Of a DNA stretch of 64,000 nt, positions 38,933-51,562 are shown one piece after another; the first letter of the stretch is position 1, and each line of letters opens with the position of its first letter. A program made the position numbers and the translations under genes. Below the pieces are notes generated by a model, which saw nothing but the letters and a program-made list of their open reading frames with translations, ran no database searches and was not told the DNA's origin. Source of the stretch: Camelus ferus (Eukaryota); assembly GCF_009834535.1 (NCBI RefSeq), contig NC_045697.1, forward strand, positions 115,074,001 to 115,138,000, read 5' to 3'.

Positions 38933-39550
38933 GTGTTTTTAAACCATTTTAATAGAACCTTAATTTTATATATTGTACTTATAATGTCTAGAATTTCTGT
39001 TAAGCATTTTTGTAGATTCCAATTTTGTAAAGCATTATTCAATTATCAAATGTTTGTAGATCATAATTCTCCAAGTATCTAACTTTCTTCATTTTTTCTC
39101 CTATTTTCTCTACCTTTTCTATATATTTAGATTATATTACTCACAGTTGTTATAGTCCTAATTAGCTTACATGAATGTCTGGTGAATTTCTTGCAAATTT
39201 CTTTATACTGTCTGTTTATACTCTTGATTCAAAAAAGAATTAGATTTCTCTGTCTTTTGGCAAGCCTGGTGATTCTATTACATGGAAACCACTGTATATA
39301 AAAGTTATGGAGGCTCAAATGATATTATCTCCCTCATTGGCTGACTCTTCTTTTAGGCAGGTAATATGGTTTCTGAACATTTGATAAGATTAGAGACTTT
39401 GCTAAGTCAACTTTAGGCTGCTTTCTTTGCCTGAATTCAGCAACTGTACTGACAAAAAAAGTAGTTATATCCTAGAGGCTCTCACATTTTTTTGTGCAGA
39501 ACTCAGCATATCCCTCTGTCTCCCCAGCTTCTATATATATAGTTTTTATA

Positions 39551-39680
39551 TTTTGTAGGGGGAGGGCAGGAAACTAGGTTTATTTATTTATTTACCTTTA
39601 GAGGAGGTACTGGGGATTGGAACCCAAGACCTTCTGCATGCTAAGCATACATCTATCACTTGAGCTATACCCTCCCCTCC
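39551..39680 (-). mobile_element. Vic-1-type SINE
   Basis: taggtttatttatttattt...gaggtactggggattggaacccaagacc...gcatgctaagca...cttgagctataccctcccc is the reverse complement of the SINE at 10945. Confidence 0.9.
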
Positions 39681-41103
39681 TGTATGTATAATTCTGTGCT
39701 TAGATCCTCAGTTCCTTGCCCGCACCCAAATCAGCAAATGCCCCCAGGGGAAAATAGCTTCAAAAATGTGATCCCCTCCATGAGGTTCTCCCTTCTCTAA
39801 TCTTATAGCAGTTACAGTCCCAATGACAGCCCTTTCAGATAACTTAAAGCCAACATATACTCTATTGAGTATTCTTAATTATTATTGACTGGAATATTGG
39901 ATGCCACAAACTACTTCATTTCACCTGTAAATGTAGGTTGTCATCTAGGGGACTTTTTGGTGTGAAATTTTGTAGCACCCCTCTCCCTGCTTCTTCCAGT
40001 ACAACCCACAATTTAGAAGTCTTTGGAGAAAGACTCAGATTACCACATTTTAAAATAATAATCCCTGGGATTCTCATCACAGATGTAGTTGATTTATAGA
40101 CCACCTTGTGACTTACTACTAAAATCTACCCTAACTTTGACATAGATCTCATCAGGTTTAGCAATCTTAGTTGTGCAGCAAATAGTCAGATGAAGTTAAA
40201 GTAGAATATAATTTTAATTCCCTTGTGCCCCATCTTGCCATCCAGATCACAATAAGTAAAAGTCAGGACCAAGCAGTCCAAAATTCAACTGAAATCTCTG
40301 CTTTTTACCAGACAGTCTCTTCTAGAAGATAAAGGTTAATCTCATTATATTTTATTTTCAAGTAACAGCACCATGACTTTGAGAGTCTTAACTTCTGTGA
40401 AGGTATCAGAATATATGGAAGGATCTTCCATTTCTCAATAATTTTACTATTATTACTTCATTTTATTATTTGTAACTTCTTGATGTATCCACTGCATTTA
40501 CTCATCTATTTTTGGTTAAATAAACTTCTAAAATTTTACATTTCAGCCTGAAAATTAAGCATAAAATTTATGTTGATCATAGTAATGATACAGCCTGACA
40601 GTTACTCTTAACTTCAGATATAATAAACATGTTAAATTGTAGGATTTCCATAACCATTTATTGAAATATTCCTGATCAGTAAATATATTATATAATTTTA
40701 GGTTTTGATCCACCAGTTAAGGATTTGCTCTTAATCTTTCTGTTTTAAAACAAGTTCATGGCATGACATATCTTGGAACACATGATGTGTTTGTGCTCAT
40801 AAATAAAAGTTTAACTTCTTGCCAACTTCACAGGGCCATGATGTGCCCTCCAGTTATTGTCTGGAACTAAAAACTGCCTGCTTCTAAACCCCTTGTCTTG
40901 GATGCTGGAAGAATAAGCAAGTAGACTTGTTTAACCAGATTCTTTCTCTTTCCTTCTCTTTTTCTTTCTCTTACTTATTCTCTTATTAACTAGTCATCTC
41001 TCTTTTCCACATTGCTACAGATGCAGGCTGTATTTTCCTCCAAATTGTATTAACCACAAGAAAATATATCAGGTAAAATATGACTCAATACTAGCCATTA
41101 ATT

Positions 41104-43058
41104 GGGGGTGATGCCAGAAAGATGGCTGAACAGGAAGCCTCACACTCCTTCAACCATGGAGATTAAACTCTATGATTCAGCTCATTCAACAACACGTAGA
41201 CCCAAACCCTTTGTGAGAAATCTATTGAAAAGTTAAGAGTATCTTGCACCTCAGGGGAGCATGAAACCAGCTGCATCAAAGACAGCAGGAAAATCCACGG
41301 CAATAAAACTTGCCAGAGCCCCTCCACCTGGTTCAGTGCCAACACAGTCGGAAGGAAACTCCCAACTCTCAGCTTCTTCTTGGGTCGGGGGGTGTAGAAA
41401 GAGTAGTCTGAAACCAAGTCTAACATTCAGACTTTTCAGAAGGCTACCCAAGGGACTGGTTTCTGTCTTGCTTCAATAGAAGTGCTCACAGGATAGAGTG
41501 CCAGGTTGGGGGTCACTGAGAAAAAGGGTGACAGCTTGAACTGGGTGAACCCATTGCTCATGCACTGGCTCACCACTGCCCCTCCCCTAGCTCAGCCCAG
41601 AGCCCAAGGGAGAAAGCTCCAGGCTCTCTCTCTTGAATGAAATGTGCCTGCACCTGACACTCTAGCTTCATGGAGGGCTACCAAGGGGTTGGCTTCTGGT
41701 TCTTCTGGCTTAGAGTGCTGACAGGATCTAACATACTCTAAGTGCTATAGGACCTTCAAGAACAACAAAAACAACCATAGCTGGACCACTTACTGCTGCC
41801 CCAAAGGACCCACCATACAGCAGCTAGAGGCTGAAACAGGTTGATGGTTTCTCCCTTAGAGAGGACAGGGAAGGGTGGAGTGTGGATCCATCATTCCAGC
41901 TTTATGGTGACTGCCCAAGGGACTGTTTTTTGTCTCACCAGGCTCAGAGCACTGATGGGTCCCTGCATGTTCTAGACACCTGGGGTCTGCTGACAGACAT
42001 CAGAGAGGGCAGGAGCTACAGGGTACTGAAAAAAGGGAACCAGTAAATCATTTCTAATTAGGAATTCACATGCAAAACTCCAGGAAAGATGAATACACAG
42101 AAAAGGTTGAGGGGTTCCCCCACATTTCTAGCTGAATCAACTGGTGAATAGATTTCCTGTTTAAAAAAAATGTCAGTAAACACCGGAAGCTGTGACTGTT
42201 TTTTGCAAGTGTGTAGACCCCAACACAAAGTAACAGGGCACACAGAGAACTATGGCCCATCTAAAGAACGAAAATAAATCTCCAGAATTTGACCACAAAG
42301 AAACAGAGATATATGCATTACCTGACAAATAATTAAAAATAACTGTCATAATGATGCTCAAAGAACTTAGAAAAATGATGCATAAAAATGAGAATATCAA
42401 CAAATAGATAAAATATGAAAAAGAACCAAACAGAAATTGTTGGGTTGGTAATTAGTAACTGAATTGAAAAATTCACTAGAGGGATTAAACAGTAGACTTG
42501 ATCAAAAGAAGAGAAATTTAAAGATAGACCACTTGAAATTATGCAATCAGAGGAACAAAAAGAAAAAAAAAAGAAAGAAAAAGAGGAGTGAAGAGAACCA
42601 AAGGGACCTGTGGGATACCAGTAAGACAATCAATATACACATTACAGAAGTCCCAGAAGGAGGGGAGAGAGAGTAAGGAACAGAAAGCTTAACTGAATAA
42701 ATAACGACTGAAATCTTCCTAAATCTAGGGAAGGAAATGAACGTCCAGATTCAAGAAGCCCAGTAGAGCTCAACTGTGGTGAACCTAACAAACACATTGA
42801 GTCACATGTAACCAAATAATCAAAAGCCCAAAACAAAGAGAAAAATTTGAAAGCAGCAAGAGAAAACAACTCATCAAGAATAAAGAATCCCCTATAAGAC
42901 TGTCAGTGGATTTTTCAGTGGAAACCTTGCAGGAAGAAAGAAGTGAGACTATACATTCAAAGTACTGAAAGAAAAAAAAAAAAAAGAAAACTGCAAAGCA
43001 ACCAAGAATACTATGTTCACAGAAATTGCCCTCCAAAAATGAAGAAGAAATATAAACA
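41104..43058 (+). mobile_element. L1 5' UTR (with ~233-bp subrepeats) and decayed ORF1, 3'-truncated
   Basis: aagatggc at 41119-41126. ORF1 remnants: LKNSLEGLNSRLDQ, QRDLWD..K.INIHITEVPEG (ORF 42464-42676), aaatcttcctaaatctagggaagga, cagattcaagaagccca, cctataagactgtcagtggatttttcagtggaaaccttgcagg. Confidence 0.9.
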
Positions 43059-43267
43059 CAGGAGGAATTTTTGTTAATGTAACCCCCCTTCCCAATCCCC
43101 TGAAGTCATGTGGTTTTTTGCTTGCAGCCTTATCTCAGGTACTGCCTAAGCCAGTGGCTGGAATATAATTGATATTCATTTCATGTCAAATAAATTTTTG
43201 TATGAATTAATTGATTAATATGGTAATAAGTAGAAAGTACTAACAAACCACACATACTTGAAAATAC

Positions 43268-43364
43268 TTTTTCTTTTTTCTTTTTCTTTTTCTTTTAAAG
43301 AGGTATTGGGGATTGAACCCAGTGCTAAGCAAGCACTCTACCTTTGAGCTATACCCACACCCCG
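43268..43364 (-). mobile_element. Vic-1-type SINE with internal deletion
   Basis: gaggtattggggattgaacccag|tgctaagcaagcactctacctttgagctatacccacacccc; flanks acttgaaaata (43256) / acttgagaata (43369). Confidence 0.88.
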
Positions 43365-44679
43365 CCAAACTTGAGAATATATTGATCACAAAAATCCGTC
43401 TCCTTTCACTAGTAGACCACCACTGTTATGACAAGTGTTTTATTATATTGGTAAGTTATAGATGATAGATGAGGGATGGAGGCAGAAAGAAGAGAAATTA
43501 ATATGGAAAGAAGTGAGAGAAAACAAATAATTTTAATATATTTTTTATAAATAGATGGTGACAGCTGATGCAGAATTAAACTTATAAGTGTGCAGGGAAA
43601 AGTTAATGCATGTTACATTTAGAACTCCATACATATACGTTTAAAAGCACTATTCGTCATAATATTGCAAAATGTTCCTTGGTCTCTGTGTTAAACTTTT
43701 CAATACTATACTAATTTTTGACTTCCTTCGGAAGTACAAAGAAAACAAGAAGAAAATTTAGGAATGGGATGTTTGCTACTGTTAGAAATAATACTTGTTT
43801 ACATTTTAATATCTAAGAGGAAGAGCCTGGCAAGTGGATTAATTTGGTTTTGCTGTCACTTGCACACCTCTGCCATTCAACGTCTCCTCACTTCAAAGCA
43901 ATATTTGACTATAATGTTAGTAGTTATGCAAACCACAAACTTTTATAGATTCAGACATGGTCATATTTGTGTGAAGCACTGATTTCTGTTACCTATTACG
44001 CTGGTGTTTAGAATTACAGATTATGCTGTGCCAGGGTTTGTCACAAGATTCTAAGTGACGAAGTTCTCAGAGTCTTTTCCAAAATATTATGTTTGTTTTT
44101 CTTCTTATGCTGGGTCTTCTAATATGTGGTGTTTAAGGAAGGAGTCCTTCTGTCTGTGTACAAGAGAGATGCTGAGTGGAACAACCTCCAAATCTCCATG
44201 CATTATAACAATTATTTCTTTCTCTGCATCTTACTTCCATTCTCAAGCAATTCATACATCCATACCGGAGGTCAAAGAGGAAAGATATGTGTTTTCCTCT
44301 TATAGAAAGGGTCAGTAAATAATTGGGAGTAATGATCCTAACCACCCACATAAATATACCATTTAAGGCCACTTGGATTGTTTCCATATGTTGGCTAAAA
44401 CAGATAACAATTCTATGTAAAAGTTTAAATTATTTTATTCTTCTTTGTTGCATATTTATATATCCTTTAGGATGCATATCTTCAGTTCTAATAAATGATC
44501 AACAATGAATTAAACAGATTTTTGAAGTTATAAAACTTCACATGCTCACTATCATGAATTTTTTTTTTCTTGCCAAATCATTCCAGAAGATGGATGTATA
44601 CTGTTAAATAACTCTTAATGTACTAATATAAGCAGGGAGATTATGCTGTAAATGACAGCAAAAAGAAAAGTATTTTCAG

Positions 44680-45870
44680 GAAAGAAAAACTCATTTTCCC
44701 AACATTCCATTTTAAAAACTTCCAATAAATGTATTTTAGAAAAAAAGGAAATTGATTCTAGAAAGAAAGCTGAAATTCAAGGAGGAATGTTCAGCAAAAA
44801 AAAAAAAAAAAAAATGTTGACATTGGGGTAAATATGAATAAACAAATATTGTAAAGCAGTATTTGTAATATGTAATTTATAAGCACAAAGAAATAAGATA
44901 CAACTAAAACACTGAAATAATTGGTAGGAATACTAGGATTAGATTACTTTCATATATTTTTCTTGTTTTGGAGTAGAATAGATTATTGATTAAAATAGAT
45001 ATTGCTTACTTAAATATGTATAGTTTCTAAGGTAACTGCTAAAGTAATAGAAAAAGCTATGATTATGATCTAATAGAATAGAAAAAAGAATTAGACACTC
45101 AGGTGGAAACATAAAAAAAGTAAGTACCTAAAGAAACAGAAGCAGGCAAGTGAAAATAGAAATCACAAAGCGTGATGGTAGAATTTGATGCCACCATATG
45201 AGAAACTATAGTGAATAAAAATGAATTAAACTCTCAATGAAAATAAGTAAATGAAATTTAAAACTTAAAAGTAGAGAATGTTTGGAAATAAAAGGATATC
45301 AAGTTGCATAGTAGGAAATACTAACAAAATAAAGCAAAAGTTGTGGTTATCATTTTGCAATGTATACAAAAGACGAATCAGTACGTTGTACACCTGAGAC
45401 TAATATACCATGAATGTCAATTCTACCTCAATTTAATTAATTAAACACTAAAAAGGGGGGGGGGTAAACATAAGAGCCACATTATCAAAGATAGATATAA
45501 AAATAGAATACATTAATAAATAGACAACTATGTTTTAAAACAGTATAATGAGCAATCTCTAAAAATTCTAAAGTTCTATTTAAGCAGAAAAAAAATCATT
45601 TCAAAATGCATAAATCAACATGCAAAAGTGACAGATAAGGTGAATTGGCAAATTTGCCATTATGGAGGGAGATTTTGCCACATTTCTATCAATAATTGAT
45701 ACAAGAAGCAAAGCTTTGAAAAATAGAATTCGTCTAGACCATTTTTATTTAGATTTACAATTAACACTCTTAATCAAATAGAACTTTGATTGAAACCTTT
45801 AGCAAAAAGGCTCCTACTGGAATATAAAAGCATATCAATAGCTTTTTTTTAAGACATCTTTTTAGAGATA
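44680..45870 (+). mobile_element. Ancient L1 ORF1-end / inter-ORF / ORF2-start debris, with a small L1 3' end at ~45340-45432
   Basis: gaaattcaaggaggaatg...gggtaaatatgaata; atgaattaaactctcaatgaaaa; ggagattttgccacatttcta; inserted ttttgcaatgtatac...ttgtacacctgagactaatata...tgtcaattctacctcaat. Confidence 0.6.
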
Positions 45871-46148
45871 TGACTGTAGTACCACAAATTAAGATGATGC
45901 TCCCGACCAAAGGAATGAGGGGATATCAACGGGACACAGGAACCAATTTGAAAAAAATCCCCCATGGCCCAAAGCTGGAACAATTTGAGCAACATAGTAG
46001 TGTAGATTTGGAATAAAACCCTGAAGTACAAAGCAAATTTACACGAGTCCATAGTGATATAAATTTTGAATATGTAAAAGGGGGAGGGGAGAAGAATCTT
46101 CCTTACAGAGGATTTCCAAACAATGTGCATAAATACTATTACCTACAA

Positions 46149-46609
46149 TCTTACAGAAGGAAAGTCTGTGTGCCTTACACACCATAAGGTCAAACAAACC
46201 AAAACATCAGAGTTTGGAGCAGAGAAAGGTTGATTGCAGGGCCGAGCATGGAGGAGGGGGTGGCTCATGCTCAAGAAAACCCTGAAGGGTTTCAGCAAAG
46301 CCAACTTAAAGGCAGGTGAGGGAGAGGATCACAGGATCCCTTATCAGCCTGTACACAATCCTCTGGTTGATGTCAATGGAACAGGGCAGTCACCACTGTC
46401 AAACCCCAGGTGCCAGAAGACCAGGGGGCCACTTGCTCTAGACCATCAAGCCATAAATTTCTTACCATTCGTGGTGGTTTTTAGCATCTGAAACACTCAG
46501 GAAATATACATGAGATACTATTCTCTGGGTGCTTCAGAGAGGAGCTGCAGCAGAGGACATGGGGGACACATGTCCTGGGAAGGCTCCACAGGGTCCTGAT
46601 CATGTTACA
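46149..46609 (-). mobile_element. 3' LTR of the provirus
   Basis: Homologous to 51082-51562; preceded on the minus strand by the polypurine tract (plus strand attccccccttttc, 46610-46623). Confidence 0.92.
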
Positions 46610-47029
46610 ATTCCCCCCTTTTCTTTGATAGCCCTCAGTCTCCAGGAGAACAGGTGTTGGATGAGAAAGGGAATAATGTTTGGACAGAGAGGTTAGCCAT
46701 CAACTCGGCAGAGGAACCCGGTTTTAGGGGGACTTGGTCTCAATCACAAATCCTATTTCTTCCTTCCCCAAAGCTTTCAGAGAACAGGGAGATGACTGGC
46801 TACTTCCTGCTGAAATGGGGCATTGTCCTGCTTTAATTTGGGGGACGGACACCGAGTTGAAAATATCCCTGAGTTTCAAGTCCTGGGTCCTAGCCTTGTA
46901 TGATTAAGATCCCAGGCCTTTAGTCCACCCTTTTAGTGCCAACAAACCCAATTAGAAGTGGAGGGAAGAGTGACAAACAGAACTTTAAAAGACAAAACAG
47001 ATCTCAATCCCCAGTTCTCTGAGGAATTC

Positions 47030-47232
47030 AGGAGAATGAGCCTGAAAACCAGTCTGAACCTGGCACACTGGGAGAGACTTGCAGCCAGTTGTATACATTT
47101 ATGTAAGTAGGTTTTAACTTCTGATGTGGTATCAACATATACATAAAAGGAGTTATTGGCCATTACACACCTTTTTTTTTTTTTTTTTTTTTTTGCTAAC
47201 ATCTAATCTAAAATAACTTTTCTATCTAAAAA
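47030..47232 (-). pseudogene. Retroviral env transmembrane-subunit remnant (immunosuppressive domain and CX6CC region, decayed)
   Basis: Translation FLDRKVILD*MLA(K7)RCVMANNSFYVYVDTTSEVKTYLHK aligns with gamma-type TM LDNRxALDYLLAEQGGVCxxxNxxCCxYINxSGEVExxLxK; it sits in the expected position just before the PPT. Confidence 0.75.
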
Positions 47233-50200
47233 TGTAATAGTTACAAGAGGTGACCTTAGGATCATAAGTTTGCAGCTACCAGCAGGCACTGCTTTGAGCA
47301 CAGTTGGTGGTTTCCTGAGTCTGGCACAGCTCAGAAAATTCAAGTTCTCCACGATACAAGAACGTGTCTGACATCACGCACCCCCTGGCCACCTAGTTTT
47401 CCCTTGAATGTCTGAACCACAGTGCTCCATTTTGACTTTCAAATGCATCCCCTCCTCAAGGCCAAAGCAGATGTACAATGCATGTCCAACAGGCCACAAA
47501 ACAGGAGTTTCGGTCAGTAAAGTTTAAGTTAAACTATGTATAAGCCAGAAAGACTTCTCCACACCTCAGTATGTGCAGATTTTTTCATCGTTTTCCATTT
47601 TGATAGCAAATCTTCCAATAGAAAGCATTGATGATCAAAATATTAGTCCTTCAGTGCTGGGGTGAGGGCTCCCACCCCAGGTTCAGAGCATGTCCCTCAG
47701 TGCCAGGCCTCCTTTGTATTTGCCTAGTTATCCATGTGGGGGGAAACTAAACAGATGTCATGAACAGGCTCAGAGGCATGTTAATGGGGACACACTTTAC
47801 AGGCCACACATTCATCACTTCTACCCCATTGTTACACAAGCGTAGTGCGTGTGCTTTTAGCAACAGACACAGAGCGAGTGCTGCTGTGCACCATGAGAGG
47901 TTGTGCTGCGACAGCTCCATCAGAGATTTCTCTTTCTGGCCTAAATACTGGGGGCAACACCGTGTTTCGACGTAAAACAATGACTTTCAATACTGATTGA
48001 GAGACAAACATTTGATAAACAATTCAACTAGAAAATGTAGATTAAAAGCCAGAAATGTTTCAGACAAAACTAAAAAATCAAAACCGTATTCACCAGTTTA
48101 CTCAATCCTATGTAATCAATCATTTTTACTAACAGTTTTATGAAATCAGAGTTTTCATTAGACTTTTCAAATATCTTATCCAGCTCATCAGTATGATTTA
48201 AAAGAAACCTGTACTTGTCAAAAAAGTCCATTTTATGAATATTATTAAAGATGAAGCAGTTTTGCAAAGCATCAGCTTAATTATCTATGACTGACAAAAC
48301 ACTTAAAAAGGTAAGGTTTAAGAGCCGGTTACATTTTTGACTTAATTGAGTTTGATCAAGTTGCTGTGGCATACACCCTTTTAAGATAACAACTGGAATT
48401 ATGACTGACAGCATTACACCAGGATGCATCTAACTTTCAGAAGCCTTACATCATTTCCAGAATGTCTATATTAATAACATTTATCCATATCATATAATCT
48501 GAGGAGACTATCACTCCTTTGACAATGTCATGTAATTTAACATATCAACCAATCCTACTTAGTTCAATATTTTTCTCTGAGATGTCTCAGGGGTCCTCTG
48601 AAGCATCCTAAAGTTAGCTGAAGTCAAAAGAACTTTGATTATACTTTTATAGGAAGTTTGTCAACAACATCGAAGCTTCACACAGTCTGTAATCAGAAGC
48701 ATTCTAAGTAAACTTGTTCACTTAACAGAAAGAAATCAAATCTAGTCCTGTACTAGTCTACTTTCAATAACAAAATCCCTTTACCTACTTTTTAATTTAA
48801 TCTCAGCTCAACCATACACAAAAGTCCTTTTATAGGGGTCCCTTTCTACAAAATTTTCCCTTAACAAAATGCACATCCATTGCTCATACTTTTTATTCAA
48901 AACATATATACTACTTTTTTTTACTGTACTGAAATGTTTCCTTTATTATTTTAGTAGCTTTAATAACATCTTTAGAGTTTGCAAGTCTTAAAAACCTTAA
49001 TTTCTAGTGAAAACAAAGAAGTTAGCAATTATAAAATGTATTTTACATTAGCATTGTATAGATTGGCAAACATAAATACCAATAATAATTTCAAAAAATA
49101 TTGCTTTTTATACAAAATATCTCATTGTGGCACCAAACATATTTAATAATAGTCCTAATCACCTTTAGTTTCTCTGTAAAGGGAAGCCAATGATTAGTAA
49201 ATTATGTTTCAGTATCTTATTTTGTTTGGGAATGACCTAGCTATTCAACAAACTTCCATCATTTAACTTAAGTTAGCACAGCTCTCCAATCTCAAGTTAC
49301 CAAGTATTTGCGGAGATCATGTTTAAGTAGACACTCCTAAAACAGAATTATTACTAAAGAGTTCCCTCAAAAGCTATAATGCTATTTAAATTTAATTTAC
49401 TGATAAGAATTTTGTTAGAATTTTGTCAAGAACTTTGTCATATTGAGTTAATTGACTTTTTTACTTTCTTTCTGCTGTCGAACTCAGAAAAGAAACAACA
49501 TAAACCTATTGGCTTTCAGTAAATCCAGGTGCAATAAAAGACATGTCTTGGTGTTGATTATATCAACAAGCTTAAACTAGCTTTAATATCAGATATTAAT
49601 TTAATACTGATTATTTTCTAGGTCACATGAGCCTTAAGTTTGATCACATGAGCTCTTCTACATGTTAATTTTTACTTAAAGACAGAGACAGAGATCGCAA
49701 TTTTTCTGCTTGAGTTTAAAAACCCCTTTTTCCTTGAGAGCCTGGGTAGATCATTTATATTTCAAAGTCACACAAAAAGAAATGCAAATTCCTCTTCTAA
49801 TGGCTTATACAGAACCCAAGATGACTGGGATTTTTTTTTCCTGTTCTGAAATACCCACTTCACTTTAAAGAAATAACAGTAATAGACAATAATGGCAAAA
49901 CCAGAAAGAGAGAACAGGATTTGGACTCAGGAACCAAGACGCACACACACACACCCATGATAAAAGCCAAATTGCAAAAGGTCCCTTTTCATATAATAGC
50001 AGAGACCTGAGAGTCATTGTTCTCCAGATCTCAGGGAGAATTGAGCTCACACGGCATTAAAATAAAAATATCATTTTCTTTAATTTATGGAAGCATAGTC
50101 AAAGATCTCCCAGCTTTGTAAGTTACACTCTAGGAGGATTGTATGCAAGCGGGAAGAGAGCTCTGATCAGTTATACTTAATTATTCATGGCTGATGTTAT

Positions 50201-51058
50201 CAAATACCAAGCAAACAACAATTCAAAACGGTCTCTCAGGGTCACAGTCCCCTGGTTCCAAAATGGAGAGTCCCAACCAATGCCCATCAGAGACAAAACT
50301 GAGTGAAAACCAAGACTCGAGAAAGGGAAGATCCTGAGCAACGCTCCGCCACAGGTGAGGCCAATGCAACAGGGAGGCGCCCCGGTGTTGTCACACGTGA
50401 GCCCTGTTACTCAAAGACGTCTCAGCCGGCTCATGCAAGTACTGACACACACATACAGACAACAGACATGGTCCCACAAACAAAAGGTCACAGGCGAGGT
50501 GTAGTCTCAAAATTCCACTTCCTCTCCCAAACTGAGGCCTCCAAACTGATGCATCCAGCTCCCGAAAGAGGACGGATCCAGAGTGGCTCACTCCCTGCAA
50601 GGGACGGAGCCCAGGTGGAGCAGCTAAAATTTTCCATCTTGCGTGAGTCAGAGTGGCTCATCCCAAAACCAGATACACACACACACACAAAAAAAACAAC
50701 AAATAAGCTGCAGTCACAGAGACAACCCATCTGAGGAGGCGTCATTGAAAACTTCCATCCACTCCCAGACGGGAGGGCTGCAAACAGAGCAGCCCAGCTC
50801 CCCCAAGAGAACACACCCCCAGGGACCCCCTTCCTGGAGGGAATGAGCCCAGATGGTGGAGAGAAGCCCCAGCCTGCGCGGGCTGGAGCCACTCACCCCA
50901 GGTGACACCGAGTGTGGGAGCAGCTCCGGATGTTTTCTGGCTCCAAACAGTCTTGTGCCACCTGGAAGAGTTCCTCCCTGGAGGGAAGTGAGCTCCAGCT
51001 GCTGCTGGAACCAGGGAAGGGTGGCCCCTGGCTGGAGTTGAACTGCCAGGAATACAGA

Positions 51059-51077
51059 CTCCTTCACTGGCTCACCA
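51059..51077 (-). promoter_or_regulatory. Primer-binding site, tRNA-Arg-like (degenerate)
   Basis: Minus strand TGGTGAGCCAGTGAAGGAG lies 4 nt after the LTR; compare the tRNA-Arg(ACG) complement TGGCGAGCCAGCCAGGAG. Confidence 0.65.
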
Positions 51078-51081
51078 AAAT

Positions 51082-51562
51082 TGTTACTGAAGGTAAGTTC
51101 GTGTGCCCATTTCACCATGAGGTCAAACAAACTGAAATGTCAGAATTTGGAGCAGAGAAAGTTTGACTGCAGGGCTGAGCAAGGCGGACAAGTGACTCAT
51201 GCCCAAGAGAACCCCAAACTCCTTGAAGGGTTTCAGCAAAGCACATTGAATGGCAAGTAAGGGGCAGGTTGGTGGGGGTCACAGGGTGCACGCTTAGCTC
51301 ATGCACAATCCTCTGATTGGTCAATGTCAAGGGAACAGGGCGGTCTACACTATCAACCCCAGGGGGCTAGGAGGTCCGGGGGCCACATGCTCTCCATTAT
51401 CAAGTAGTTAATTTCTTCCCTTTGGTGGTAGTTTTTAGCATCTGAAACACCCAGGAAATATACATGAGATACTATATCTGGGCACTTCAGAGAGGAGCTA
51501 CAGCAGAGGGTATGGGGAGGGGACTGTCCCAGGAAGGCCCCACAGGGTCCTGCTCAGTTACA
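51082..51562 (-). mobile_element. 5' LTR of the provirus
   Basis: TG...CA termini on the minus strand (TGTAACTGAGCAGG...TCAGTAACA); homologous to 46149-46609; immediately followed by the PBS. Confidence 0.92.

Larger units (their letters stand above)
46149..51562 (-). mobile_element. Two-LTR non-autonomous ERV1-class (MER4-group-like) provirus
   Basis: Direct repeats 46149-46609 and 51082-51562 (minus strand starts TGTAAC). PBS-like TGGTGAGCCAGTGAAGGAG next to the 5' LTR; PPT AAAAGGGGGGAAT next to the 3' LTR; class-I 3' motif cagcaggaagtagccag (~46797-46813); flanks acaa/acag. No long gag/pol ORF. Confidence 0.92.

Noticed and set aside
50303..51166. Cluster of 60-143 aa overlapping ORFs in the provirus
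   Set aside because: Expected from the GC-rich leader (few stops); no gag MHR, zinc knuckle, protease or RT motifs.
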